DNA of 64,000 bases, taken from the sequence record NC_055712.1. One strand, written 5' to 3'. The stretch's first letter is position 1. Every line of letters begins with the position of its first letter. A model generated the notes under the pieces. The model was not told the DNA's origin. It did not search any database and saw nothing but the letters and a program-made list of their open reading frames with translations. The stretch comes from Escherichia phage phT4A. A program made the position numbers and the translations under genes. Shown here in pieces: positions 9,048 to 18,284 of this stretch.

Positions 9048-9440
9048 TCAAGTAATGTCATACCAACACAAACTTCTTTCGAAAGCGCGTATTTTGTTCA
9101 CGTTTTCTACGTTTTCGTCCCAACCGATCACACCAGCTTTCATACGTTTCAGTTCCTGACGTAAACGGGTACGTACTTTTGAATCAATTTTCTTTACTGC
9201 AATAGAAAGCATTGCATTCAGATCGCCATGAGCTTTGTTACCGTCGCGACACAGATTATTATCAAATCGAATGTATGCACATCCTGATTTGTGTTTCCAG
9301 TTGGTTGAGTACCAACGCAACCCATCCGGATCAATACCATGTTGAGCATAATAACGAGAATACTCTTTTACTTCTTCGATCTTTTCGTTAGATGAACGGT
9401 CACGAAGAGGATTGTATTTCTTACGGTAAGTGCGACTCAT
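9048..9440 (-). CDS. hypothetical protein
   Basis: 130-aa basic ORF downstream of tk. Confidence 0.45.
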   Translation of the reverse strand: MSRTYRKKYNPLRDRSSNEKIEEVKEYSRYYAQHGIDPDGLRWYSTNWKHKSGCAYIRFDNNLCRDGNKAHGDLNAMLSIAVKKIDSKVRTRLRQELKRMKAGVIGWDENVENVNKIRAFERSLCWYDIT

Positions 9441-9456
9441 AATGATCTCCTTTTGT

Positions 9457-10065
9457 TTATTCTTCCACTGTATCAGGGTTGTTCTTTAGTTGCAAGTAAT
9501 GTTTTCGACAAAGTGAAACATATTTGTCTTCGGCCCCGATCTCAATCTGGTCGCCATTAGCAACAAATTTGCCATTTGCATCAATACGGGCAACGGTAGT
9601 TGCTTTCTTTCCACAATGACAAACCCCCCGCAACTCCCTGATCTCATCAGCAAGTGCCAGCAACATATAAGAACCTTCAAACAGGTTCAACTGAAAATCG
9701 GTTCTTAGTCCATATGTCATTACGGGTATATCTAATTCGTCAACAACCCGACACAGATCCATGACATTTTTCCTGGAAAGGAATTGTGCTTCGTCCACAA
9801 ACACACAAGAAACTAGTTTCTGGCTGTCGCTATAAAAATGATTGTTGTGAACATCATAATATAAGTCCATATCAGGTGTGATCATGGTACATGTTGCTTC
9901 CAACCCAATACGCGAAGAGATACTCTGTTTACCTTCTCGCGTATCAATTGCTGGTTTGTACATCAGGATCCGCATACCGCGTTCCTGGTAGTTGTATGCA
10001 TCGGTGAGTAAACGAGCACTCTTGCCAGCATTCATTGATGCATAATGAAAATATAGTTTAGCCAT
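9457..10065 (-). CDS. tk: thymidine kinase
   Basis: P-loop ASMNAGKSARLL, VFVDEAQF, zinc ribbon CHCGKK...SLCRKHY; near-colinear with T4 Tk. Confidence 0.92.
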   Translation of the reverse strand: MAKLYFHYASMNAGKSARLLTDAYNYQERGMRILMYKPAIDTREGKQSISSRIGLEATCTMITPDMDLYYDVHNNHFYSDSQKLVSCVFVDEAQFLSRKNVMDLCRVVDELDIPVMTYGLRTDFQLNLFEGSYMLLALADEIRELRGVCHCGKKATTVARIDANGKFVANGDQIEIGAEDKYVSLCRKHYLQLKNNPDTVEE

Positions 10066-10339
10066 TTATCCTCTCAACAAAATCTGGGGTATTTTGGAAT
10101 TTCCCTTCCCCTTCATGGTTTTTGCATGTTTTATTTGAACAGTAGATCCACCAATCCCACTCATCATAAGGGGGTTTGGTAATGTTCATTACGCAAATTA
10201 AAGGGAAATGACAATCCCGACAACGAACTTTTTCTATAATGTGTGCGTTAGCCAATTGAAAACCATCCTTTACCCATGAGTTTTTCATTATGTCGCGCAA
10301 GATACTCTTTGATTTCTGGCATCCGGATCGCAGTGTCAT
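10058..10339 (-). CDS. hypothetical Cys-rich protein
   Basis: 93-aa ORF with CRDCH...CSNKTC. Confidence 0.4.
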   Translation of the reverse strand: MTLRSGCQKSKSILRDIMKNSWVKDGFQLANAHIIEKVRCRDCHFPLICVMNITKPPYDEWDWWIYCSNKTCKNHEGEGKFQNTPDFVERING

Positions 10340-10475
10340 ACTCTTCTTTCGTCATGGTATGATTTGCGCAACCCATACACCCGCACACCTGCGCGTTACA
10401 CCAACGGAGTGTTCCATATGTCGCAATCACCTTCATTGCTTTAGCTTTGATTTTGTCAGTCATGATTATAACCAC
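10248..10475 (-). CDS. hypothetical protein
   Basis: 75-aa ORF overlapping neighbour; start uncertain. Confidence 0.3.
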   Translation of the reverse strand: MVIIMTDKIKAKAMKVIATYGTLRWCNAQVCGCMGCANHTMTKEEYDTAIRMPEIKEYLARHNEKLMGKGWFSIG

Positions 10476-10743
10476 TCATTTCGTTATCTTGTGCTTGATG
10501 TATATCAAGATACCACATATTGATTTTGCTTTTCAGTTCGTCCATTTCCTTACTCAGACAATTGTCAACGATACATAGAACATTAACAGTTTCTTTACGC
10601 TGCATAATGTTGATGTTATTCGCTTTCATCGCTTGCGCCAATGCATTATAGGTTTTAACCAGTGCGGCGCGTTGTCCTTTGATTACGGCGATCCGCTTGT
10701 TTGCTTTCTTAATCTCCCGACCTGCTTTGATAGGATCCATCAT
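10456..10743 (-). CDS. hypothetical coiled-coil protein
   Basis: 95-aa ORF. Confidence 0.4.
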   Translation of the reverse strand: MMDPIKAGREIKKANKRIAVIKGQRAALVKTYNALAQAMKANNINIMQRKETVNVLCIVDNCLSKEMDELKSKINMWYLDIHQAQDNEMSGYNHD

Positions 10744-10745
10744 GA

Positions 10746-11219
10746 TTAATTCGCCTTACGAGGATCGAAATGAACGACAATGATCGGGTAATCACCAGTC
10801 ACCTCATTAATAATGCGCTTAATGAGTTCCCAGTCGCCCCCAGCGAGGCCAGCACCGATTAAAGGTGTGATGATAGGCTTTCCAGTCTTAACGGCGTCAG
10901 CAAGCCCTACAGCCTGTTTAAAAGCATTGCCGATTGCGTCATAATCGACACGCGGCCCAGGTGTCCAGAAATCATATTGAGTATATGCATTGAAAACAAT
11001 GTTGCCTTTTTCGCCAATGTAAACAGAACAAGTTCCGAGCTTATCACGGGAACCTTTTAACGTATTGGCATCAACTTGAAATGCACCAGGAATACGATCG
11101 CGGATTTCGCGAGCAATACCAGCGCCCATATTGCAATAGCAGTTGCATCCGTGGATCAAATGGCCTTCACCGTTCAGATACATATTGACAGCATTACCTT
11201 TCACTTCTTTAATGATCAT
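10746..11219 (-). CDS. macro domain (ADP-ribose binding/processing) protein
   Basis: Gly-rich loops GCNCYCNMGAGIAREI and ITPLIGAGLAGGDW resemble macro-domain phosphate-binding loops; start set at MIIKEVKG. Confidence 0.5.
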   Translation of the reverse strand: MIIKEVKGNAVNMYLNGEGHLIHGCNCYCNMGAGIAREIRDRIPGAFQVDANTLKGSRDKLGTCSVYIGEKGNIVFNAYTQYDFWTPGPRVDYDAIGNAFKQAVGLADAVKTGKPIITPLIGAGLAGGDWELIKRIINEVTGDYPIIVVHFDPRKAN

Positions 11220-11303
11220 TTTTATTTTTCCGATATAGTAGGGCCACAACAAGGCCCATCAAAATCACAAGGATCCACAATACAGTGAATTGAACCCCTA
11301 CGC

Positions 11304-11492
11304 TCATTTTCTCGCTTTCCGTTCACGGCGGCGATCTTCTTGATGACACATATATAAAACACCACCAAAAATTATAAAACCGATAACAACGCCTATAAAG
11401 TATCCAGCACTAAACATAGTCATCATCCCCGCAATAGTAACAAGGCCCAGTGCTCTCATGCTTACCAGCATTGTACGCCAAGAACACCACAA
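11304..11492 (-). CDS. small membrane protein
   Basis: 62-aa ORF, hydrophobic core, basic C-terminus. Confidence 0.35.
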   Translation of the reverse strand: MWCSWRTMLVSMRALGLVTIAGMMTMFSAGYFIGVVIGFIIFGGVLYMCHQEDRRRERKARK

Positions 11493-11525
11493 CCGCCGCC
11501 ATAATAATAAAAATCCAGATAGCCA

Positions 11526-11849
11526 TTAGTAAAGTCCTATGCCAGCATTGAATTCGTCAACCAAATAAGTACGGAACTTTTCGCACCGTTCCTTATTTGG
11601 CGCTTGTTTGCATAGATTCATCATTGGTTCAGACTGCAAAAACTCTTTTTGTTTCAGCAACTTACCGCGTTTATACAGGTGAGCATTTTCCTCTCCCCAC
11701 ATATAAGCAACATCTAACTGTTCTGCGATCACTTGCTTACATACTGCGACATCTTTGATATCACGATTGTTGCATAACTCATCCAGGCGAGCATCACCCG
11801 CGTGAGCAAATCCAGCAACCAGAGTTAAAAGCAGTGCTAACTTTTTCAT
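11526..11849 (-). CDS. secreted/periplasmic Cys-containing protein
   Basis: signal peptide MKKLALLLTLVAGFAHA-GD; 4 Cys in mature part. Confidence 0.45.
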   Translation of the reverse strand: MKKLALLLTLVAGFAHAGDARLDELCNNRDIKDVAVCKQVIAEQLDVAYMWGEENAHLYKRGKLLKQKEFLQSEPMMNLCKQAPNKERCEKFRTYLVDEFNAGIGLY

Positions 11850-11858
11850 GATGATTCC

Positions 11859-12458
11859 TTATTCATCCTCTTCGATAGGAGTATAATAATGCGCATTACA
11901 GATATACGCAAGAACTTTTTTCAGAGACATATCCGAGAATGTCGGATCCTGGTTTCGTCTCATCCCACTACCAGTTTCAACAGCCCAACGTTTGTTAGCT
12001 GGATTGTATGTCAGCCAGTAACAATCCCATTCAGACAGAGTATGTTCGAACAGATCGAAACGCTTACGCCCATTTGCTTGCGGCCTGACAAAAGGTTCAA
12101 CCATTTCTAAAGCGGTTAAAACTCGATTAAGGTTTGAACCGTCTTCATCCATCGCGATCCGCAAACAGTATTGGTTAATGTCCGGATCCATACCATCGAT
12201 ACCCAGACCGATAGATTCGAAAAATTTTGTTGCCGCGTGATAAGACACACTGGAAGAACGATATTCCAACATCACGGGGATCTTTTCCCCGTCCTTGACG
12301 TTGTTAATGATATCCTGATCGATGAGTTCAATCAGGTCTCTTTTCTCTTTAATCAACGTGGAAATTTCTTCTTGCAGTGGGGCTATCTGTGCATGAAGTT
12401 CTTTTATCCGTTGATCAATTACGGTCACTTCGAAAGCTAAATTTCTCATTGTACCCAT
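11859..12458 (-). CDS. hypothetical protein
   Basis: 199-aa ORF, N-terminal coiled coil. Confidence 0.45.
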   Translation of the reverse strand: MGTMRNLAFEVTVIDQRIKELHAQIAPLQEEISTLIKEKRDLIELIDQDIINNVKDGEKIPVMLEYRSSSVSYHAATKFFESIGLGIDGMDPDINQYCLRIAMDEDGSNLNRVLTALEMVEPFVRPQANGRKRFDLFEHTLSEWDCYWLTYNPANKRWAVETGSGMRRNQDPTFSDMSLKKVLAYICNAHYYTPIEEDE

Positions 12459-12632
12459 TCCCCGTTTTTGTCAATATACATGATCCAATCAGCAACCGAC
12501 CAATGGGAAGTATTGCCTTTCGGAGTCGCTACGATGTAGGAACCAGCTTTAAACAGTACGCGTTTAGTTTCGTTCAGGATCAGGTCGCTCATAATGTATT
12601 CCTCTCAATTAGATGCATCCATAATAAAAAAG

Positions 12633-12656
12633 CCCCCGACCGAAGTCAAGGGCTTT
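12633..12656 (-). terminator. rho-independent terminator
   Basis: imperfect hairpin followed by TTTTTTATTAT on minus strand after ORF ending at 12660. Confidence 0.5.
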
Positions 12657-12659
12657 TTG

Positions 12660-13301
12660 TCAAATGATTTGTTTTTCTTCTAACAGCTTCGCGGTTGTAT
12701 TAACCATACGAGCATAATCACGGGCTTCTTTCTTTGTATACTTGAAACCAGCGTTATAGCTCGCCAGCGCCTTTTTCAAGTCGCCTTTGTGGTAATCAAG
12801 CCAATACTCCAGTTCATAGATCGCATACTTCGATCCACCTTGAAGAGTTTCGAGCTTTTTGATTACTACGCGTTTAGGATATGACTTATCCATTCGTGCG
12901 CTGGCGCTCCTTGCGGTAACTTGCCAGCATCCATAAGCGTGATGGCCTTTTTTACCTTTACCGACATTCTCACATGCGCGAGACTCGATCCAGGCAATAG
13001 CCGCTAAATGATAGCCTAAACGTTTAGCCTTATCTTTTTCTACAGGTTTTGCAGTCTTCAAATCATAGTTGTGTCCAACTCGATAAGCATACTCCAAAAC
13101 CTCTTTCTGCTTCGGTGTAATGTTATCCAAATCCTTGATGTAGGATGGAGAATTTTTGTTTGCCGGAGGCTTCACAGTAGCCTTTTGTAAAGGCAATTGA
13201 TGAGTAGGCAAATCCGCAATGAAATCCCCTAGCGGATCCGTCGCAGCGTTGCCAGAAAAAGAGCACAAGAAAATGCTGGCAGCAATAATAATTTTCTTCA
13301 T
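12660..13301 (-). CDS. secreted lytic transglycosylase-like (SLT domain) protein
   Basis: signal peptide MKKIIIAASIFLCSFSGNA; AIAWIESRA (Glu-Ser) and YGCWQV resemble SLT catalytic motifs. Confidence 0.5.
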   Translation of the reverse strand: MKKIIIAASIFLCSFSGNAATDPLGDFIADLPTHQLPLQKATVKPPANKNSPSYIKDLDNITPKQKEVLEYAYRVGHNYDLKTAKPVEKDKAKRLGYHLAAIAWIESRACENVGKGKKGHHAYGCWQVTARSASARMDKSYPKRVVIKKLETLQGGSKYAIYELEYWLDYHKGDLKKALASYNAGFKYTKKEARDYARMVNTTAKLLEEKQII

Positions 13302-13365
13302 TTTAATACCTATGTTGCAAAAAGAGGGGCAATAATACACCCCACTTTATATTTATGCAACTATT

Positions 13366-13920
13366 TTAGATAGTTTTCGCGTCACGTAGTTTATCGGCGA
13401 TAAACTCAGCAATGTTATAATTTGAAATAGCCTTGTTAGGATCGTATAGCGCAATGATTTCATCTAACGATACCATAACGGCATGTTTAAAGTAGACGCT
13501 CCAGCTAGTAGTAAGGATCTCACTGTTGTCAAATCCACAATCAGGGCTGAACAATGCGCGGTATTTGTACCCACTGTATTTCGTCAGACGATTTGTGCTG
13601 TGCGCATCACTGGTGATCAGAAAAGTCCCCTGGTGAGTTTCAACAACGAAAAAGTATCCGAGGCGTTCTTTGTTGTCCAGCATCTTTTCAAACTTGCGAT
13701 CGGTTTCTTCGCGAACAATACGAGAAGTCAGCATTTCCAACACTTTATCGTATTCAGGCCAATCATTCTCGATCACGATTGCATCAAATGGTTTCTTACC
13801 ATTAATCCCGCGCCCGATTTCGATTTTCGTGCAAATTTCGTTGAACGTTTTCAAATCTTCTGGCGTCAGTTCTTTAAGATCGCTCAACTTTGCTACATAA
13901 TAACGTTTTTCTAGTTTCAT
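13366..13920 (-). CDS. hypothetical protein
   Basis: start set at MKLEKRYY to avoid overlap. Confidence 0.4.
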   Translation of the reverse strand: MKLEKRYYVAKLSDLKELTPEDLKTFNEICTKIEIGRGINGKKPFDAIVIENDWPEYDKVLEMLTSRIVREETDRKFEKMLDNKERLGYFFVVETHQGTFLITSDAHSTNRLTKYSGYKYRALFSPDCGFDNSEILTTSWSVYFKHAVMVSLDEIIALYDPNKAISNYNIAEFIADKLRDAKTI

Positions 13921-13921
13921 T

Positions 13922-14116
13922 TTACAATTCAACCTCGTTTTTACAGTATATACATTCAATAAAATCAACTTTTCGCATGTTGAAGAAATATGAACCCTCA
14001 GAAGATTTTTCCTTGTGTTTTACATCTTCCGCGTCATATTTCATAGTAGTATCACAACAATTGCACGTAACAATACGAGATTTTGCATTTATGATCTCAA
14101 TCATGATACACCTCAA
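13922..14116 (-). CDS. small zinc-ribbon protein
   Basis: CNCC...CIYC; paralog of next ORF. Confidence 0.4.
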   Translation of the reverse strand: MRCIMIEIINAKSRIVTCNCCDTTMKYDAEDVKHKEKSSEGSYFFNMRKVDFIECIYCKNEVEL

Positions 14117-14316
14117 TTCAAAAATAATTTCACAGAGTTACCACATTTAGGGCATGTGATAAATTTTTTCACGACATAATCAGCAGCAGAGAAAAATCCA
14201 TTGTAAATCGATTCTCTCTTTTGCTGTATATCAGATAGTTCGTATTCTAACCCACTTTTACAGCAACTGCAAACAGTAATTAGTTTTTGGCTATGGATGA
14301 CAGTAATCATATACAC
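14113..14316 (-). CDS. small zinc-ribbon protein
   Basis: CSCC...CPKC. Confidence 0.4.
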   Translation of the reverse strand: MYMITVIHSQKLITVCSCCKSGLEYELSDIQQKRESIYNGFFSAADYVVKKFITCPKCGNSVKLFLN

Positions 14317-14346
14317 CTCACAAAAAGGGGGCTTTCGCCCCCATCA

Positions 14347-15693
14347 TTAGAAATTGTCTTCGACAAACGCCGCGAGACGGGAACGATACACTGTATCAAG
14401 AATGATATGGCTTGAGTGTTCGTATTCTTTCAGCTTTTCAACAGCCCATACAAACCCGTTGTTTACGGCAGTGTTTCGAGGGTTGTCGATCTGCTTAATG
14501 TTCCCGCATAGTATCAGAAGTGTGTTCTCTCCGCAACGAGAAATGATAGATTTAATTTCGTGGTTGCTAAGGTTTTGACATTCATCAACAATTAGCACAG
14601 AACCTTTGCCCGGATCCGGATGTCCGATACTGCGACCACGGAAGTAATACAGGCTAGGGAATTGCACCACCCCTTTTTCAATCAAACCTTCAATGTATTT
14701 TTCAGATTCCGGATTATCCTTAAACAGAATATTCAGGCTAGTAATACAAGGTTCAATAGAAGGCCGGAGTTTTTCGCCCAATGTACCAGGAAGGAAGCCG
14801 ATTTCACTTGATAACGGGCTATCTGACTTCACATACATCAAGTTAGCGTAATGTCCACTATTAACCAGGTGCATAGCACCGGAAACAGCAAGCATTGTTT
14901 TACCAGAACCAGCGCCGCCCATAATGGTAGCAACATCGATTTCATTGCTCATAATGGATTCAACGAAAGCCGCTTGCAGAGAATCACGGGGCTGGATAGC
15001 TTTCATGAGTTTGCGTTTCATCGCCTGTTCATGCTTAACAGGTAAGACATTCAAGCAAATCTCATCAGCAGTCACTACACGCCCGACTAACTCACCATTA
15101 GAGGTAATGTACTGGTTAGGATAAAAATCTTCGTCAGGAAGCGAACTGTAAGTGATTTGGGCTACATTATCCGTATATCCCAACACTTCCACGGTATCCC
15201 AGAAATCAGGGATCTCTACGTAACCGGAATACAACACATCGCTATCTTTTAACGTATCGTCGCCAGTATACTGTTCTACCTTACACCCACGGGACATTGC
15301 GATCAGCAACATCATAATATCGCGAGTAACTAAGGTTGCATCCTGCTGCATACAAGTTTCAATGATTCGTTCGTCTTGCTTGTCAAGAGCAAACGTTTTG
15401 TTTCCGACATAATCAACCACTTTAAGGGTGATAGTGTCAGACAGTGCTGGGTTTGTCAGGTTTAAAGGAATACCTGATTTCGTAATCGCATCATATGACT
15501 GACCGAAAATAACTTTTGACAGAAGCCGGATCGCCAATCGTGCTTCGTGCGCTGTTCGTTCTTTCGTTTTCAGGTGATCTAATTCACCCATAGTAGCAGA
15601 GGTAATAATGATTTCTGTACCAGGTTGAGTGAATGAATAGATTGAATAGGGGTTACTAATCAAAACATTGGTGTCTAATACGTATTTTGACAT
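14347..15693 (-). CDS. phoH: PhoH-like ATPase with N-terminal PIN domain
   Basis: PIN start MSKYVLDTNVLISNPY; Walker A GGAGSGKT; 448 aa. Confidence 0.85.
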   Translation of the reverse strand: MSKYVLDTNVLISNPYSIYSFTQPGTEIIITSATMGELDHLKTKERTAHEARLAIRLLSKVIFGQSYDAITKSGIPLNLTNPALSDTITLKVVDYVGNKTFALDKQDERIIETCMQQDATLVTRDIMMLLIAMSRGCKVEQYTGDDTLKDSDVLYSGYVEIPDFWDTVEVLGYTDNVAQITYSSLPDEDFYPNQYITSNGELVGRVVTADEICLNVLPVKHEQAMKRKLMKAIQPRDSLQAAFVESIMSNEIDVATIMGGAGSGKTMLAVSGAMHLVNSGHYANLMYVKSDSPLSSEIGFLPGTLGEKLRPSIEPCITSLNILFKDNPESEKYIEGLIEKGVVQFPSLYYFRGRSIGHPDPGKGSVLIVDECQNLSNHEIKSIISRCGENTLLILCGNIKQIDNPRNTAVNNGFVWAVEKLKEYEHSSHIILDTVYRSRLAAFVEDNF

Positions 15694-15702
15694 ACATTAA
15701 CC

Positions 15703-16227
15703 TTATGTGGTTTCGTTAAAAAATGCACCGAAAACCTCTTTTGCTTTCCGGTTATAAACGGATTTTGCTTCTTCTGGAGTGTTATAGTACCCCAAAAATT
15801 TTCTTTTTCCATCTATGTTTATCTGCGCTTTGTACTTCCCATTGGCTTTATGATAAGAAACACCTTTCAACCCTGTACTACTGTTTGAGTTACATTTCTT
15901 TTTCATCGCATTTTGCTGGTTCGTCGCTTTCTGTAAATTTCTTGCTGTATCTCCATTCTCAACACCATATACATGATCTACGATAGGAGGAAGATAACCA
16001 TTCTCAACGTAAAACACTATTCGGTGTCGCAAATACATAGAACCTTTAAAATGAATTTGGGAATACTCGTTTTTGCTTCCGGCTTCACTTCCAGGAAACA
16101 TAGGGCCGCGCTGAACTTTCCAATACACTTTACCTGTAGATGTATCAACATCTACAAAATTCAGAAGAGATTCGATCCCTTGAATCTCTTCATGTATGGT
16201 TCTTGATGAATAGCCATGACTTTTCAT
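15703..16227 (-). CDS. HNH homing endonuclease with AP2 domain (paralog of 2038-2571)
   Basis: YLRHRIVFYV...IVDHVYGVENGDTARNL; AP2-like GVSYHKANGKYKAQINIDGKRKFLGYYNTPEEAKSVYN; ATG overlaps upstream stop (TAATG). Confidence 0.7.
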   Translation of the reverse strand: MKSHGYSSRTIHEEIQGIESLLNFVDVDTSTGKVYWKVQRGPMFPGSEAGSKNEYSQIHFKGSMYLRHRIVFYVENGYLPPIVDHVYGVENGDTARNLQKATNQQNAMKKKCNSNSSTGLKGVSYHKANGKYKAQINIDGKRKFLGYYNTPEEAKSVYNRKAKEVFGAFFNETT

Positions 16228-16685
16228 TACATACCCAGCGAAATTACGTGAATATATGCTAATGGATGTTTCTTTTGTACACAATGCATGAGTGTATTAT
16301 ACACAATGTCCATGCGTTCATTGCGCGTAAGATCACACTCATCAAAAATAAGGTTTATTGCCTGGTGCTCTATTCGACGTCCACGGAAATGATTAAGAAT
16401 TGCCCCTTTACTGGTCAATACATCACATCCGGTAGCACCATTTAGCTGTTTGGCGTCTTGTGCTGCATTTAACGTATGCGCTACGTAAATGTTAAGGGAA
16501 CTATGGGAACGTTTCATAAAATCAAACGCGCCTTTAGTCTTTTGCGTTTCTCTGCCCAGATCCAGCCTGGTTTCGAATACCATAAAATCGTTAGGGCCGT
16601 AATTATGCGTTGGTTCTTCCAACTCTCGCATAAGATGCATCTTACGACATTCTTCAATTGTCTTTACATAAAATTCACTATTCAT
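16227..16685 (-). CDS. hypothetical protein
   Basis: 152-aa ORF. Confidence 0.45.
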   Translation of the reverse strand: MNSEFYVKTIEECRKMHLMRELEEPTHNYGPNDFMVFETRLDLGRETQKTKGAFDFMKRSHSSLNIYVAHTLNAAQDAKQLNGATGCDVLTSKGAILNHFRGRRIEHQAINLIFDECDLTRNERMDIVYNTLMHCVQKKHPLAYIHVISLGM

Positions 16686-16716
16686 GTTTTACCTTTAAGG
16701 GGCCAAAGCCCCTTTG

Positions 16717-17112
16717 TTACGCTAATTCCACATGCGGGGCATCAATGAATTTTGTTTCGATCGGAAGGTTCGGATCATTTTTCCAGTTGATACCAAAACG
16801 CAGTTTAACACCCAGTTCATCACCTGCTTGTTTAACAGCATTCAGGACAGGCAACCACACTTTAGGGTTTGTTTGCCAGCCTTGAGGCAACACGCTAGGA
16901 TACAGATCCACCGCATCACCCGTGATGTGTTTTGAGTTCATTGTTTGAGATACACCCTTACGGACATTCTCGCGCTGTTGTTCTACAGTACGCAGACCTT
17001 CACGTACACCAAAATCAACAGGAGACAGTTGCAGAGCACGTTCTACGACTTTCACCAGTTGAGGTTTAACGCCTTTAAGGTTGTTAAGGCTTTTTTGACT
17101 GAATTTAAACAT
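16717..17112 (-). CDS. peptidase M15-like (L-alanyl-D-glutamate / D-Ala-D-Ala type) cell-wall hydrolase, possible endolysin
   Basis: zinc-site-like SKHITGDAVDL and size ~130 aa typical of small phage M15 endolysins. Confidence 0.6.
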   Translation of the reverse strand: MFKFSQKSLNNLKGVKPQLVKVVERALQLSPVDFGVREGLRTVEQQRENVRKGVSQTMNSKHITGDAVDLYPSVLPQGWQTNPKVWLPVLNAVKQAGDELGVKLRFGINWKNDPNLPIETKFIDAPHVELA

Positions 17113-17179
17113 AAATCACCTCTTGTAAAAATACCCTGTTTGGGTACACAGGGTATTTATGGTTTAAGAGGTTCGATAC

Positions 17180-17590
17180 TTAATAATCGTAAAGATCACC
17201 GAAACATTCGTCATACTCGCGTTTACGTTCAATTTGCTCGTTTCTACGATCTTCCATATATGGAGGAAGACGGTTTTCATTGACTTCATCAATGTAAGCC
17301 TGTGCATCCTCTTTTGTTAGAAAGAATGCATGGAAATTGTACCCGTTGTACCCGTTGTACCCGTTCATACTACGATCTTCAAGAGAGAATTCTGTGTGAC
17401 AGTCCCAGTCTTTGTACAGGGTGATACATTTAGCAAACAGCCCAATACCGCGATGAATGTATGGGAATCCAGTAACAATCATCTTGCTACCCATTTCCGC
17501 ATTTTCTCCGTTCACACAGAATACTTCATACATGATCGCGCCTGGTTTAACATCTTTCTTAACAGCACGTTTTTCAAAAGCACTTTTCAT
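17180..17590 (-). CDS. hypothetical protein with NGY tandem repeat
   Basis: 136-aa ORF containing NGYNGYNGYN. Confidence 0.4.
   Translation of the reverse strand: MKSAFEKRAVKKDVKPGAIMYEVFCVNGENAEMGSKMIVTGFPYIHRGIGLFAKCITLYKDWDCHTEFSLEDRSMNGYNGYNGYNFHAFFLTKEDAQAYIDEVNENRLPPYMEDRRNEQIERKREYDECFGDLYDY
17338..17367. repeat. 3 x 9-bp tandem repeat (ACCCGTTGT) inside CDS
   Basis: acccgttgtacccgttgtacccgtt read directly. Confidence 0.7.
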
Positions 17591-17644
17591 AATATATTCC
17601 TCTCAATTGGTGTAACTACAGATTACTAGTTTAGTTTCTGAATG

Positions 17645-17968
17645 TCAACAAGGTTTATCGTTTTTTGACGGAAAAGTTAGAGTGAACAAACGATCATGAA
17701 GGTTGTCGATCCGTTCACAAGCCTGTTTCAGTATGGTTTTATCACCATCATTTGTTGTTTCAATGCATCCAAGTTCATCGGCGTCAATGTTCACTACATC
17801 GCTCATCAATGAAGCAAACACGTTAACATCAGGATGTAACAGTTCTTCGATTTCGGCCTTCATGCCGTCGTGTTCAGAAAGGATATCAATAATATCACGG
17901 GTTAAATCTCCCTGGTACGGGAACCCTGTTTCTAAATGATTGATGATCCTTTGTGCTTTCGTAATCAT
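17645..17968 (-). CDS. hypothetical acidic protein
   Basis: 107-aa ORF. Confidence 0.4.
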   Translation of the reverse strand: MITKAQRIINHLETGFPYQGDLTRDIIDILSEHDGMKAEIEELLHPDVNVFASLMSDVVNIDADELGCIETTNDGDKTILKQACERIDNLHDRLFTLTFPSKNDKPC

Positions 17969-17980
17969 AATTTTACCTAC

Positions 17981-18001
17981 AAAAAAGCCCCTTTCGGGGC
18001 T
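17981..18001 (-). terminator. rho-independent terminator
   Basis: AAGCCCC-TTTC-GGGGCTT followed by T6 on minus strand. Confidence 0.65.
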
Positions 18002-18007
18002 AGTTAA

Positions 18008-18271
18008 TTAAAGTTCACAGCAACGGCACACACCGTATTTTGTAAATGGAGCATCACCGCTAACGTAGGCCCAGAAATCACATGCTTCTTCGGCAGTATC
18101 GAAGATTGCGGCATCATAGAACCCGTGGGCTTCGTTACCGTTCTCATCGATGAAAACCGGAGTCCAGATATTAGGATTGAAGCAATCGTCAACAACAACC
18201 CAACCTTCTTTATCTTTCATTGCTTCTTTGTTGGCTTCGATGTGAGCTAAGATTTCGTTCATGATGTCCAT
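18008..18271 (-). CDS. hypothetical protein
   Basis: 87-aa ORF. Confidence 0.4.
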   Translation of the reverse strand: MDIMNEILAHIEANKEAMKDKEGWVVVDDCFNPNIWTPVFIDENGNEAHGFYDAAIFDTAEEACDFWAYVSGDAPFTKYGVCRCCEL

Positions 18272-18284
18272 TTTTCTCTCCTAA

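Noticed and set aside
17338-17367. 9-bp tandem repeat as a regulatory or slippage element
   Set aside because: It lies in frame within a CDS and simply encodes NGYNGYNGY; no evidence of regulatory function.
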